The notes: generated by a model from the sequence alone, not told the origin. Numbered from the stretch's first letter, positions 30,719 through 40,357 are shown. The stretch is 64,000 nucleotides of DNA from Verrucomicrobiia bacterium (GCA_035574275.1 DATLYY010000007.1:4928-68927), one strand, 5' to 3'. Numbers and translations are program-made.

Positions 30719-30967
30719 TTACGCGGCCTTGGAACGGGACAGGCGGGATTTGAGCCGGGCGGCGCGGTTTTTGGGAATCAGCTTCCGCTTGGCGGCTTTG
30801 TCGATGAGCGAAAAGGCCTTGCGAATCTCCTCCGATTTCTTGGAGGCGTCGCTTTCGGTCAGGGCGGTTTTGAAAACCGTTTTCAACCGGGTCTTCAGCG
30901 CCTTGTTATGCTCGCGCAGTTTTTCCGACTTCCTAAGCGCCTTTTTGGCTGATTTATGTCTTGGCAT
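30719..30967 (-). CDS. rpsT: 30S ribosomal protein S20
   Basis: 82 aa, 'MPRHKSAKKALRKSEKLREHNKALKTRLKT...', highly basic. Classic S20. Confidence 0.92.
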   Translation of the reverse strand: MPRHKSAKKALRKSEKLREHNKALKTRLKTVFKTALTESDASKKSEEIRKAFSLIDKAAKRKLIPKNRAARLKSRLSRSKAA

Positions 30968-31009
30968 TCATTCTCCTTTGGCCCTCCAAAGTAATTTTTT
31001 GGTCCCCAT

Positions 31010-32596
31010 TTGTCAACCGAAAACCAACAGTTAGCCCGGCGGGCCGGGGGCGTTTCGGCCGCCACCACCGGCTCGCGCATTTTGGGGTTGGTGCGGGAGC
31101 AGGTTTTCGCCTATCTCTTCGGCGCCGGGCTGGCCACGGATGCCTTCATCGCCGCTTTTCGCATTCCAAATTTGTTGCGCGACCTCTTTGCGGAGGGGGC
31201 GATGTCGGCGGCCTTTGTGCCGGCTTTCAGCAAAAAACTTTCGCGGGAAGGAAAACAGAACGCATTCTTTCTTTTCAATTTAGTGGGGAACGCGCTCGTT
31301 GTGGTCTTGGCCGTCGTCGTCTTGCTCGGGATTTATTTCACGCCGGCCATCGTTTCGGCCATCGCGCCGGGGTTTGAGAAAATCGCCGGCAAGGCGGAGC
31401 TGACCGCCTTTATGGCCCGGATAATGTTTCCCTATCTCGTCTTGGTCGCCCTGGCGGCTTTGACGATGGGGGTTTTAAATTCGCTCGGGCACTTTACCTG
31501 GCCGGCGTTTTCCTCCGCCTTCCTTAATATAGGGATGATTGGCGCGGGCTTTCTTTTATGTCCGTTTTTTGACCCGCCGATTGTCGGGATGGCGTACGGC
31601 GTTTTGTTGGGTGGATTTTTACAGTGGAGCGTGCAGATGCCTTCCTTGCGAAAGGAGGGGTACCGCTACCGGCCGATTTTTTCCTTCCGCCATCCGGAGC
31701 TTTTGGCCGTCGTAGGGCTTATCCTTCCCGCCTTGGCCGGGATTGCCTCCACCGAAATAAACATTTTCGTCAATACGCAAATCGCCTCCTTGATGCCGGA
31801 GGGGGCGGTGTCATACCTCAATTACGCCTTTCGTTTGATGCACTTTCCGCTCGGGGTCTTCGGGGTGGCTTTGGCTACCGTTTCCCTGCCCACTCTTTCC
31901 CAAAAGGTGGCCGCCAACGATTTGAAAGGGGTGGGGGATACGGCGGCCTCCGCCTTGGGGCTGGTTTTCTTTCTCAACGTGCCGGCTTCGCTGTTTCTAA
32001 TCGTCGCCGCCGTTCCGGTCGTTTCGGTCTTGTTTCAGCACGGGCAATTCGGCCCGAATGATACGCTTATGACCGCCTCGGCTTTGCAATTGTACGGTCT
32101 TGGGCTTCTCGGCTATTCCGGTGTCCGTGTACTCGCGCCGGTCTTTTACGCCTTTGCCGACACCAAAACGCCGGTCCAGGTGGGAATCCTGGCCGTTTTT
32201 TCCAACATCATCTTGAACGTTTCTTTTTACAAACTCGGCTTTGGCTTCCGCTGGCTGGCGTTTTCCGCTTCCGTCTCGGCTTTTGTGAATTTCTTCGTGC
32301 TCCTCCATTTGTTCAGAAAAAAACTACCGGAATGGGATGGGGGCGCGGTCTGGTCGAAATTCTGGCGGATTTTGCTGGCCGCCCTTGTTCCGGCGCTGGT
32401 TTGTTGGGGGGGGCTTGCGTTTTTCTACGAGCACCACACAGCGACACTTTTGCGGCAGCGGGTTTTGGTGCTGTTTGTTTTGTTCCTGGTTTTTAGCGGT
32501 TTGTATCTTGTGGCAGCCAAGCTTTTCAAAGTTGAAGAAACAAAGTTGTTCGCGAACGTTCTACAGCGGATGTTTGCGCGGTTTAAGTCAACGTGA
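31010..32596 (+). CDS. murJ: lipid II flippase MurJ
   Basis: 528 aa, 14 predicted TM segments. N-terminal 'GLVREQVFAYLFGAG...DAFIAAFRIPNLLRDLFAEGAMSAAFVP' is the MurJ signature. Confidence 0.9.
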   Translation: MSTENQQLARRAGGVSAATTGSRILGLVREQVFAYLFGAGLATDAFIAAFRIPNLLRDLFAEGAMSAAFVPAFSKKLSREGKQNAFFLFNLVGNALVVVLAVVVLLGIYFTPAIVSAIAPGFEKIAGKAELTAFMARIMFPYLVLVALAALTMGVLNSLGHFTWPAFSSAFLNIGMIGAGFLLCPFFDPPIVGMAYGVLLGGFLQWSVQMPSLRKEGYRYRPIFSFRHPELLAVVGLILPALAGIASTEINIFVNTQIASLMPEGAVSYLNYAFRLMHFPLGVFGVALATVSLPTLSQKVAANDLKGVGDTAASALGLVFFLNVPASLFLIVAAVPVVSVLFQHGQFGPNDTLMTASALQLYGLGLLGYSGVRVLAPVFYAFADTKTPVQVGILAVFSNIILNVSFYKLGFGFRWLAFSASVSAFVNFFVLLHLFRKKLPEWDGGAVWSKFWRILLAALVPALVCWGGLAFFYEHHTATLLRQRVLVLFVLFLVFSGLYLVAAKLFKVEETKLFANVLQRMFARFKST

Positions 32597-32602
32597 CGGC
32601 GT

Positions 32603-34861
32603 ATGGGGGTCGAAAAAATCGTCAAGTATTCCCTGCCGGCCCCGGCCTTCTGGGCGGCGGTGGCCTTTGCCGCCGGAATCTTCATCTCCGCACTTACCAC
32701 CAATCACCTTTTATTCTGGTTTATTTTCTCCGCCCTGGTCGGGATTGGCGCCTCATTTTTTCATTTTCGCTCCAATAATGCGGCCGCCAATTTAGGCGTT
32801 CTTCTCCTTCTTGTCGGTCTGGGAGCCGTGCGGTATTCGGCGGCCACGGATGTTGCCGAAGAGCGCTCGGTGGCCCATTTTGCCGGCCTCGACAAACGGT
32901 TGTTGATCACCGGCCGGGTTTGCGATCTGCCGGATGTCAAGCCGGAGCGTACCCGGATTTATCTGGATGAAATTACAATCGGCTGGACAAGCAAGCTCCA
33001 CTTGGATGGGAAAGTCCGGCTTACCATCGGCCGGGCGGTCACTTCCTACGTGGTGGGAGACCGGATTGGGTTCGTGGGTCGTCTTGATTCCCTTTGGCAG
33101 CCGGCCAACCCGGGAGCTTTGGATTTTGCCCGGTTGATGCGCATTCGCGGCGTGCAAGCGTCTGTTTATTTGAAAGATGATGAAGCAATCTCCGTTGTTG
33201 CTCAAAATTTGGGGAGCTGGCGTGCGCGTCTATCCAAAATTCGGGACGGCGTCGAACGAAAACTGACGACAGGATTGCCGCGCAAAGCATCCGGAGTCAT
33301 CAAAGGGTTCGTGCTCGGAGATACCAGGGACATCGAGCCCTCCACCTACGATTTGTTCCGGAAAACCGGCACGCTGCATCTTTTGGCCGTTTCCGGCGCC
33401 AACGTGGCCTGGGTGGCCATGTTGCCAATTTTTCTTTTGAAACTGTTTTTCCTTCCCCTGCGTACCCGTTACCTCGTTGCCCTGTTTGTCGTCTGGGTCT
33501 TCGTTTTGCTTACCGACTTGCAGGCCTCCGTTTTGCGGGCGGCCATTATGTTTACGGTGTGGACTACTTCACGAGTTGTTTATCGTGAAATATCCGGTTT
33601 GCAAAGCTTGGGGCTTTGCGCCCTCGTTCTGCTTGTCTTAAACCCGCTCTGGTTTTTCGACATCGGTTTTGAATTGTCCTTTCTGGCAGTTTTTGCTTTG
33701 ATCTTTTCCTTTGAAGAGAAAGATGAGCATCAGAAAAACTGGGCCAAACGATGGCTCATCCAGCCGTTTCACACTAATCTGGGCAGCTCGGTAGCGGTTT
33801 TTTTATTGATAACACCCCTTTTGGCTTACTATTTCAATCAGGTGGCTTGGACTTCGCTTTTGGTGAACGTCATGGCTATGCCACTGGCCGCCTTGATTTC
33901 CTGGTGTGCGCTCGTACGACTCGGTATTGGCTTTACGGAATTTTCGAGCCCTTTGGCATTCGTTCAGGAAAAACTGTTTGAATGGTTATTCGCCATACAG
34001 AATCTGTTTGTCAATCTGCCACACACACTTGTGCGGGTTCCCCATCCAAACGGTGTAGAGACCTTTTTGTTGACGATCGCCGGGTTTGGACTCTTTTTGA
34101 TTTTCTTCAAATCACAATATAAAAAGGTTGGTGTCTATCTTTTTTTGCTCGGTCTTGCGCCGGTTTTGTGGGGTTGGGGTTTCAAACGTTCATCGGGCTT
34201 TTCCCTTTCAGTTTTGGAGGCCAAGGGAGAGATGGTATCCGTTTTATCTCTTTTGGACCAGATAATCGTTATCGGGGGAGGCGAGGTACGCGATGCCCAG
34301 CATACGCCCCGGCAGGTTGTGGAACCGGTCTTGGCTTACTTGGGAAGGGACAAAATCGAGGGCTATTTGCCTTTGCGATTCGATTCTTTCGGGCAGGCCG
34401 CTTCGGCGGAAATCGTCACAAGGTTCCGGCCCGGCTTTGTCGGCTGGCCTGTGGCCCGTCAGCCGAAGGAGGAAACGGCTGATTCAATGACGTTGAAGTT
34501 TGAATACCTTCTGACAAGCGGGGATTCCGTCCCCTTCGCCCTCCGGGTAATAAAAGAGGACTACACCTTTCTGTTTGTTCCTCAGTTCAAGCGGTTTAGG
34601 CCGCCCCGATGGGATTCCCTTTTTGACGGCCCGACCGTCCTTATTGCCCCTTTGGAGTTTCCCCGGGCCGAGAGTTTGGCCCGGTTTTCCAACGTGAAAG
34701 TGGTGGTCTCTACCCGGCGGGATTACCGGCTTTTCCAAACCGGTCCGGATAGAGTTTTCTTCACTTTTCGGGACGGAGCAGTCAACTTCCGGGTCAAAAA
34801 AGAAGAATGGGAGGTTCGAACCCACTTTTCCAAGCGGAAGTTGGCCTTCGGCAACCGGTAG
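32603..34861 (+). CDS. comEC: ComEC/Rec2-family DNA internalisation channel protein
   Basis: 752 aa. N-terminal DUF4131-like TM/OB region, central competence domain ('LHLLAVSGANVAWVA'), and a C-terminal region that may be a degenerate metallo-beta-lactamase domain. Confidence 0.8.
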   Translation: MGVEKIVKYSLPAPAFWAAVAFAAGIFISALTTNHLLFWFIFSALVGIGASFFHFRSNNAAANLGVLLLLVGLGAVRYSAATDVAEERSVAHFAGLDKRLLITGRVCDLPDVKPERTRIYLDEITIGWTSKLHLDGKVRLTIGRAVTSYVVGDRIGFVGRLDSLWQPANPGALDFARLMRIRGVQASVYLKDDEAISVVAQNLGSWRARLSKIRDGVERKLTTGLPRKASGVIKGFVLGDTRDIEPSTYDLFRKTGTLHLLAVSGANVAWVAMLPIFLLKLFFLPLRTRYLVALFVVWVFVLLTDLQASVLRAAIMFTVWTTSRVVYREISGLQSLGLCALVLLVLNPLWFFDIGFELSFLAVFALIFSFEEKDEHQKNWAKRWLIQPFHTNLGSSVAVFLLITPLLAYYFNQVAWTSLLVNVMAMPLAALISWCALVRLGIGFTEFSSPLAFVQEKLFEWLFAIQNLFVNLPHTLVRVPHPNGVETFLLTIAGFGLFLIFFKSQYKKVGVYLFLLGLAPVLWGWGFKRSSGFSLSVLEAKGEMVSVLSLLDQIIVIGGGEVRDAQHTPRQVVEPVLAYLGRDKIEGYLPLRFDSFGQAASAEIVTRFRPGFVGWPVARQPKEETADSMTLKFEYLLTSGDSVPFALRVIKEDYTFLFVPQFKRFRPPRWDSLFDGPTVLIAPLEFPRAESLARFSNVKVVVSTRRDYRLFQTGPDRVFFTFRDGAVNFRVKKEEWEVRTHFSKRKLAFGNR

Positions 34862-35014
34862 GAGCGCTCTTTTTTCCGGTTGTCCGTCGGGTGCTGAAGT
34901 TGGGCTTTCCTGCCCGAAAGAGGCGGCCAAGCCGAGCCCGTTGAGGCTTTTTAACTTGTAAAGAAAAATCCGGCTTTACCCGATACTAATAAAGACAAGG
35001 GGGTATTTGAGAAG

Positions 35015-36184
35015 ATGGCGTTTACCGGCAACCTGAATACCGTCGCTTTTTCGGACATTCTGCAGCTGCTTTCCCAAGGGAAGAAGACGGGGGCCTTGGC
35101 GGTCAGCAAGGGGCCTTTGAAAAAAGAGGTCTATTTCCGGAACGGCAACATTGTCTATGCTCTTTCCGCCAATGCCGAGGAGGATTTGCTGGGGAATCTG
35201 CTCCTGAAGCGGGGAAAAATCTCCAAGCCGGATCTGGAGCGGGCCATCTCCCTGCACAAGTCCACCGGCAAAAAGCTGGGGGTCACCTTAATCGAGCTCA
35301 ACTTGTTTTCGCGGGAAGAGATCGTGGCGGCCTTGAAGCTGCAAATCGAGGAGATCGTATACAACCTGTTCGGCTGGAATGAAGGGGAATTCATGTTCTA
35401 TGAAGGGAAAGCCCCGGCGGCCAGCCAGATTTTAACCGAACTGCCCACTTCCTCGGTCATGCTGGAGGGGGCGCGGCGAATCGACGAATGGGTGGAGATT
35501 CAAAAAGCCCTGCCGGCCGCCCATCTGCCCTTAAAGCTTTCCTCCAACCCAAAAGTCCGCGGGGAAGAAGTGACCTTGAGCGTGGACCAACTGGTCGTGA
35601 TGTCCCTGATTGACGGCAGCCGTACCTATCCGGAGGTTCTGCGGGCCTCGCCGATGGGGGAATTTGTAACCTCCAAGGCGTTGCACCAGCTCGTGCAGAG
35701 CGGGCTGGTGGAGGCGCTGCCCAAAAGCCGCTCCCGGCTTTCCTCACGGGAGGAGGAGGAATTGGTGTTTTCGGTCTCCCTGCGGGTTTTTTCCGCCTGC
35801 TTTGCCGTCTTGGTCCGTTTATTCGACAAAAAGGTGGGAAAGAGCTTTTTCCGCCGCCGGCTGCCGACCCCGCAGGAGAAAAAGGGAATCGACTTTTATC
35901 TGGCCTCTTTTTTATACGGGGAGGAGCATTTCAACCAGAACGATTTTTTGAGCCGGCTCTCGGAGCTGCCCAAGGAAATCCGGCTGCACAAGCTTCTGGC
36001 CGGGTTGGGGGCCATTCTGGAGGAAGGACTGGAGGTGGTGCGGCTGGTTTTGGGGGGGGCGGTTTACAAACGGGCCTGCAGCGACATGCGCAAGGAGGCT
36101 GCCGCCATCTTCGCCGAGGAACGGGAACTGGTGGGGAAATACGACCTGGAAACCGAAGTGTACCGGCAGATAAGGAAGGAGTGA
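35015..36184 (+). CDS. DUF4388-like domain protein (first gene of the polarity/T4P locus)
   Basis: 389 aa. N-terminal 'GNLNTVAFSDILQLLSQGKKTGALAV...VYFRNGNIVYA' matches the DUF4388-type domain. Remainder alpha-helical with no recognisable domain. Confidence 0.55.
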   Translation: MAFTGNLNTVAFSDILQLLSQGKKTGALAVSKGPLKKEVYFRNGNIVYALSANAEEDLLGNLLLKRGKISKPDLERAISLHKSTGKKLGVTLIELNLFSREEIVAALKLQIEEIVYNLFGWNEGEFMFYEGKAPAASQILTELPTSSVMLEGARRIDEWVEIQKALPAAHLPLKLSSNPKVRGEEVTLSVDQLVVMSLIDGSRTYPEVLRASPMGEFVTSKALHQLVQSGLVEALPKSRSRLSSREEEELVFSVSLRVFSACFAVLVRLFDKKVGKSFFRRRLPTPQEKKGIDFYLASFLYGEEHFNQNDFLSRLSELPKEIRLHKLLAGLGAILEEGLEVVRLVLGGAVYKRACSDMRKEAAAIFAEERELVGKYDLETEVYRQIRKE

Positions 36185-36188
36185 CCCC

Positions 36189-36554
36189 ATGAAAACGGCC
36201 GTTTTCACTTTTGCTTTACTTTTGTTTGCCCTTGGCAGCGCCCGGGCCGATGATTTGGCCAACCCGGCGGCCCCTTTTTGGGGAATCATTCTTTCCCTCG
36301 TTGCCGGGGTCTTCGGCGCGGCGGGATTGGCCTTTGCCTTTCGGGTGTACCGGCTTACCAGGGGAGGGGAACTGGCGGCGGGCTGGCAGTGGCTGGTGGC
36401 GGCCCTGTTTCTTTTCGCCGCTTCCCAAATTTTAAGTTTTCTCTCCTCCGCCGGCTGGGCCGAGGTTTCCCCCACCACCCTTTCGCTTTTGCAGTTCGGC
36501 GCAGGACTGGGGATTGCCTTCGGTGTGGCGCGCATAAAAAAAGTGATGAGTTGA
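36189..36554 (+). CDS. small integral membrane protein (signal peptide + 3 TM)
   Basis: 121 aa, MKTAVFTFALLLFALGSARA signal then hydrophobic segments. 4-nt gap to the upstream gene. Confidence 0.5.
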   Translation: MKTAVFTFALLLFALGSARADDLANPAAPFWGIILSLVAGVFGAAGLAFAFRVYRLTRGGELAAGWQWLVAALFLFAASQILSFLSSAGWAEVSPTTLSLLQFGAGLGIAFGVARIKKVMS

Positions 36555-36596
36555 CCTTGCCGAAAACCACCGACCCGCATAATTTGAAGGCGCCGA

Positions 36597-37484
36597 ATGC
36601 TTAATATAGCCGAACTGGACGACCGCATCGCCAAGTGCGAAAAAATTCTGGCGGAAAATCCGAATTCCCAAATTTTTGCCGCCCTGGCGGACGCCCACCG
36701 GCGCAAGGGGCAGTTGGACAAGGCCCTCGAGGTTTGCCGCAACGGACTGAAGCTGCATCCCAACTACGGCTCGGCTCATCTGGTTTTAGCCAAGGTGCAT
36801 ATGGACCGGCAAATGTACGAGTTGGCTGAAAAGGCGCTCGAAGAAGCAATCCGGCTGGACGGTCGCACCCGCGCCACCGAACTCTTGCTTTGCGAGATAT
36901 TCATTCACAAAAAGAAGCTGCCCGAAGCGCTTTCCATTTTGGAGAAGCTGCACATCACCGATCCGGAAAACCAGGAGGTTAAGTATCTGTTGGAGCTCTG
37001 TCGCAAGGAAACGGGAAAAACCCGCCCGACGGCGGAGATCACCCGCCCCAGTTTTTCCGCGCCCGCCCGGCCCGGGTCGAAGCGGGGGGATTCCGACATT
37101 TTTACGCTCGACACCGAGCGGGCGCAGGACTCCGTCATCGGTCCGGAGGAGGCGTTGGACGAGCTTTTTGCCATTCCGGAGGTGGACGCCCTGATGGTGG
37201 TAAACCGGGAGGGGCTCATCATCGACAAGCGTTTCCGCGGTAGCTGGGAGGCCGACAGCCTGGCGGCGGTCTCCGCATCCATTTTCACTGTGGCGGAAGA
37301 CAATCTGGAAAAAGTGGATTTGGGGCAGCTGGAAAAAGTCTGGATTGATGCGGACGGCGTCAGTTTCCTGGCCGTGCGCATGGAAGAAAAGGTCTTGATG
37401 GTGGTGTATCGTCCGGACATCAATTTGGGGGCTTTCAAGATGAAGGTCGGGGCGTTTTTGGATTACGCCCTTTTGGCCGGATAA
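36597..37484 (+). CDS. TPR-repeat / roadblock(LC7)-domain fusion protein
   Basis: 295 aa. The N-terminal about 140 aa are TPR-like helices. The C-terminal about 110 aa ('VDALMVVNREGLIIDKRF...VSFLAVRMEEKVLMVVY') have roadblock/LC7 (MglB-like) topology. Confidence 0.7.
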   Translation: MLNIAELDDRIAKCEKILAENPNSQIFAALADAHRRKGQLDKALEVCRNGLKLHPNYGSAHLVLAKVHMDRQMYELAEKALEEAIRLDGRTRATELLLCEIFIHKKKLPEALSILEKLHITDPENQEVKYLLELCRKETGKTRPTAEITRPSFSAPARPGSKRGDSDIFTLDTERAQDSVIGPEEALDELFAIPEVDALMVVNREGLIIDKRFRGSWEADSLAAVSASIFTVAEDNLEKVDLGQLEKVWIDADGVSFLAVRMEEKVLMVVYRPDINLGAFKMKVGAFLDYALLAG

Positions 37485-37493
37485 GGAGCGACG

Positions 37494-38426
37494 ATGTCAA
37501 AAGAACTTTCCAAAGCGTTGATTCTGGTTTTTTTGTTGGCCGCCGTTCCGATGATCTTCCATCCGGCCGACTTCGGCCTGGAATACGCCGGGTGGGCCGG
37601 CCCCCGGCTTCTGATCGCCGAGGCAATTTTCTACTTTTTGGTTTTCTTCTGGGTCTTTCCGGAAGCCGGAATGGGAAAAAAATTCGGCTTTGCCCTCGGC
37701 ACGCTCGCGTACCGCCTTTTTGCCGGGACGGTTTTGGGCATTTTTTTGGCCATCACCCGCTCGATCCCGCTGGGTGCCGCCCTGCAGCAGGGATGGTACG
37801 GCTATTTCCCCGGTTTTCTTTTGATGAGCATCATTACCCCGTTTTTGCTGAAGGGCATGTGGGCCGCTTCGCTTAAAAAGCCTCGCGCCGCCCGGCCCCA
37901 TGAGCCGGCCGCCCGTCCGGAACCCTCGGCTTCTTCCGTGATTCCGGTCCGCTCCGAAACGGGCCGGCCCCGCCACGAACCGGCGCCGGCGCGCCACGAT
38001 TTGCGGGAAATCAACTTTGACGACGCGTTGGCCTACATCGGGGAGCAGAAAGGGGTTTCGAAGGCCTATTTGGTTGACGAGGAGGGGCTGGTTTTGGCCC
38101 GCTTTGAGGCCGGCGGCACCTGGGAAGATGAGCTCTGGGCGGCTTGGGGGCTGGTTTTGGTTGAAAGAAACAAAGAGCTTGCCGCCCGGGTGGACCAGTC
38201 AAATTTTTCGGCCCTCGAGCTTTCCACCTCCGCCGGCAAGGTGTACGTGCAAAAGGTCTTGGATTTCTATTTGGTGGCCGTGGTCGAGCCCCATGCCGAC
38301 GAGCTGTTGAACGTCCGGCTGGTGCGGGCCTCCGAAATGATCAAACGCCACTGGCAGGAGAAATATGAACCGGTTTTGAAAACCAATCGGGAGGGACACC
38401 ATGTACCAGATCTTAGAGGAGCTTAA
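37494..38426 (+). CDS. membrane-anchored roadblock(LC7)-domain protein
   Basis: 310 aa. N-terminal 4-TM domain, Pro/Arg-rich linker, then a C-terminal roadblock-like domain ('VSKAYLVDEEGLVLARFEAGG...GKVYVQKVLDFYLVAVVEP'). Confidence 0.65.
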   Translation: MSKELSKALILVFLLAAVPMIFHPADFGLEYAGWAGPRLLIAEAIFYFLVFFWVFPEAGMGKKFGFALGTLAYRLFAGTVLGIFLAITRSIPLGAALQQGWYGYFPGFLLMSIITPFLLKGMWAASLKKPRAARPHEPAARPEPSASSVIPVRSETGRPRHEPAPARHDLREINFDDALAYIGEQKGVSKAYLVDEEGLVLARFEAGGTWEDELWAAWGLVLVERNKELAARVDQSNFSALELSTSAGKVYVQKVLDFYLVAVVEPHADELLNVRLVRASEMIKRHWQEKYEPVLKTNREGHHVPDLRGA

Positions 38427-38739
38427 CCGCACCTCCGGCGTCACCGGCAGCATGCTGGTGGGGCAGGACGGCATCGTCATCGCCGCCGATTTGAACACCG
38501 GCGTGGAGGATGACACGGTGGGGGCCTTGGCCGCCGCCATCACGACCAATGTGCAGAAGTCGCTGGAGCGCTTGCGCCAGACGCCGATGAAGCAGGTAAC
38601 CATCGAGGCGGAGCGGGGAAAAATCTTTCTGGCCGACGTGGGAAAGGGGATTTTGGTGGTGACCACCGATCCCCGGGTGAACATCGGGCTGGTGCGGCTG
38701 GAGATTAAAAACGCGGCCTCGCGCCTGGCACTGATGTAA
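38401..38739 (+). CDS. stand-alone roadblock/LC7-domain protein (MglC/MglB-paralogue-like)
   Basis: 112 aa. 'GVTGSMLVGQDGIVIAADL...GKIFLADVGKGILVVTTD' is a canonical roadblock fold. Directly upstream of mglA. Confidence 0.75.
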   Translation: MYQILEELNRTSGVTGSMLVGQDGIVIAADLNTGVEDDTVGALAAAITTNVQKSLERLRQTPMKQVTIEAERGKIFLADVGKGILVVTTDPRVNIGLVRLEIKNAASRLALM

Positions 38740-38747
38740 GGCAGACG

Positions 38748-39818
38748 ATGGTTTCCATCAATTACGCGTTCAAGGAAATCTCCTGCAAGATCGTCTATTA
38801 CGGTCCCGGGCTTTCCGGCAAGACCACGAACTTGCAGTACGTTCATAAAAAGGTGCCCCAGCCGACCAAGGGGGAGCTGATTTCGTTGGCGACGGACGCC
38901 GACCGGACCCTTTATTTTGACTTCCTCCCGATCAATATCGGGTCCGTGGCCGGTTTCACGACCAAGTTTCAGCTCTACACGGTACCCGGACAGGTGTACT
39001 ACAACGCCACCCGCAAACTCGTTTTGCGGGGGGTGGACGGGCTGGTTTTCGTGGCCGACTCCCAGGAATCGAAGATGGAGGAGAACGTCGAGAGTTTGAA
39101 AAATTTGTTGGACAACCTCCAGGAGTATGGCTACAGCTTGAACGAAGTGCCGATGGTCATCCAGTACAACAAACGGGATTTGCCCGGGGCTTTGCCCCTG
39201 GATGTTCTGGAGAAAGCGTTGAACCCGAACGGACTCCCCTCTTTTGAAGCGGTCGCGGTGAAAGGGGACGGGGTTTTCGACACGCTCAAGTGCATCATCA
39301 AAATCGTATTGGAAAAAGCCCGGGCGAAGTCGGAGACGGGGTCCAAAGCCTCCGAAACTGCACCCGCTCCGATGTCGGAGCCGGCTTCGCCGCCGGCGAG
39401 GCAGTCGATACCGGAACCGTTGGAAAGTGGTAGCGAGGAACGGCCCGCACCCCCGCCGCGGCCCAAAATGGAACCGGTCGGCGTCCAGTCGGACTGGTCG
39501 GTCCCCACGGCTTCGGAGCAGTTTCGCCCCGTGCCGGGGCTGTCCAAACCGGCCTCCGCTCCGGCGCCCCTGGAAGGACACCGCCCTGTGGTCGTGCCGG
39601 GTGTGCGTCAGACCTCGGGTTCGGAAGTGGAGCAACGGGCTCGCCAATCGGTCGAACGCCCCAAGCCTTTGGCCGCAGCCGAGCGGCCTTCCCCCGCCCG
39701 GCCGGAATTGAATTTGAAAAACCGCCCCGTTCTGCGCCCCAGCGAGCTGGCGCGCAGCCGGAAGGAAGAAAAGAAAAAAGGTTTTTTTTCGCGTCTGTTC
39801 GGGCTCTTTAAAAAGTAG
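38748..39818 (+). CDS. mglA: Ras-like small GTPase MglA with a long disordered C-terminal tail ending in an amphipathic helix
   Basis: The first about 195 aa align closely to Myxococcus MglA (P-loop 'YYGPGLSGKTTNL', 'DRTLYFDFLP', 'YTVPGQVYY', 'IQYNKRDL'). About 160 extra residues are Pro/Ser/Ala-rich and end in ...RKEEKKKGFFSRLFGLFKK. Confidence 0.88.
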   Translation: MVSINYAFKEISCKIVYYGPGLSGKTTNLQYVHKKVPQPTKGELISLATDADRTLYFDFLPINIGSVAGFTTKFQLYTVPGQVYYNATRKLVLRGVDGLVFVADSQESKMEENVESLKNLLDNLQEYGYSLNEVPMVIQYNKRDLPGALPLDVLEKALNPNGLPSFEAVAVKGDGVFDTLKCIIKIVLEKARAKSETGSKASETAPAPMSEPASPPARQSIPEPLESGSEERPAPPPRPKMEPVGVQSDWSVPTASEQFRPVPGLSKPASAPAPLEGHRPVVVPGVRQTSGSEVEQRARQSVERPKPLAAAERPSPARPELNLKNRPVLRPSELARSRKEEKKKGFFSRLFGLFKK

Positions 39819-39827
39819 GAGGGAATC

Positions 39828-40313
39828 GTGGACGAAAATCTGATCCTCTACGAAGAGGAAATAAGCCGCATCGACAAGGTGCTCTCGCGGCTGATCAAGG
39901 GGGCGGAGGCCAAGTGCGCCCTCCTGGTGGACAAAGACGGGCATTTGATCACCCGCCAGGGGTTCACCCATTCGCTGGACACCACCGCCTTGGCGGCGCT
40001 TCTGGCCGGCAGCTTTGCCTCCACCCGGGAGATCGCCCGGCTGGTGGGGGAACCGGAGTTCTCCGTGCTCTTTCATCAGGGGAAGCGGGACCATATCCAC
40101 ATTTCACTGGTCGGCGAGCGAACCATTCTGGTGGTCATTTTCGACGACCGCACCACCATCGGCATGGTCCGGCTTTACGCCAAGGAGGTGGGGGATGAAC
40201 TCGCCTTGATTTTCCGCGAGGCGAAGGAGAAGGCCAAAAAATCGGTCAAGCCGATTTCCAGCGAATTCTCCAATCAGGCGGAAAGCCGCCTGGACGACAT
40301 TTTCAAGGATTAG
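39828..40313 (+). CDS. mglB: MglB (roadblock/LC7-domain GAP of MglA)
   Basis: 161 aa. Collinear similarity to M. xanthus MglB ('LILYEEE...VDKDGHLITRQG...DTTALAALLAG...ILVVIFDDRTTIGMVRLYAK'). Confidence 0.85.
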   Translation: MDENLILYEEEISRIDKVLSRLIKGAEAKCALLVDKDGHLITRQGFTHSLDTTALAALLAGSFASTREIARLVGEPEFSVLFHQGKRDHIHISLVGERTILVVIFDDRTTIGMVRLYAKEVGDELALIFREAKEKAKKSVKPISSEFSNQAESRLDDIFKD

Positions 40314-40357
40314 CACCGTTTTCCCCTTAAAGGGGCAGGGCGCAAAAGGAGGGTTTT

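Noticed and set aside
38199-40100. 633-aa minus-strand ORF
   Set aside because: Antisense to the roadblock/mglA/mglB genes, which have strong homology support. Arg/Pro/Gly-rich nonsense composition.
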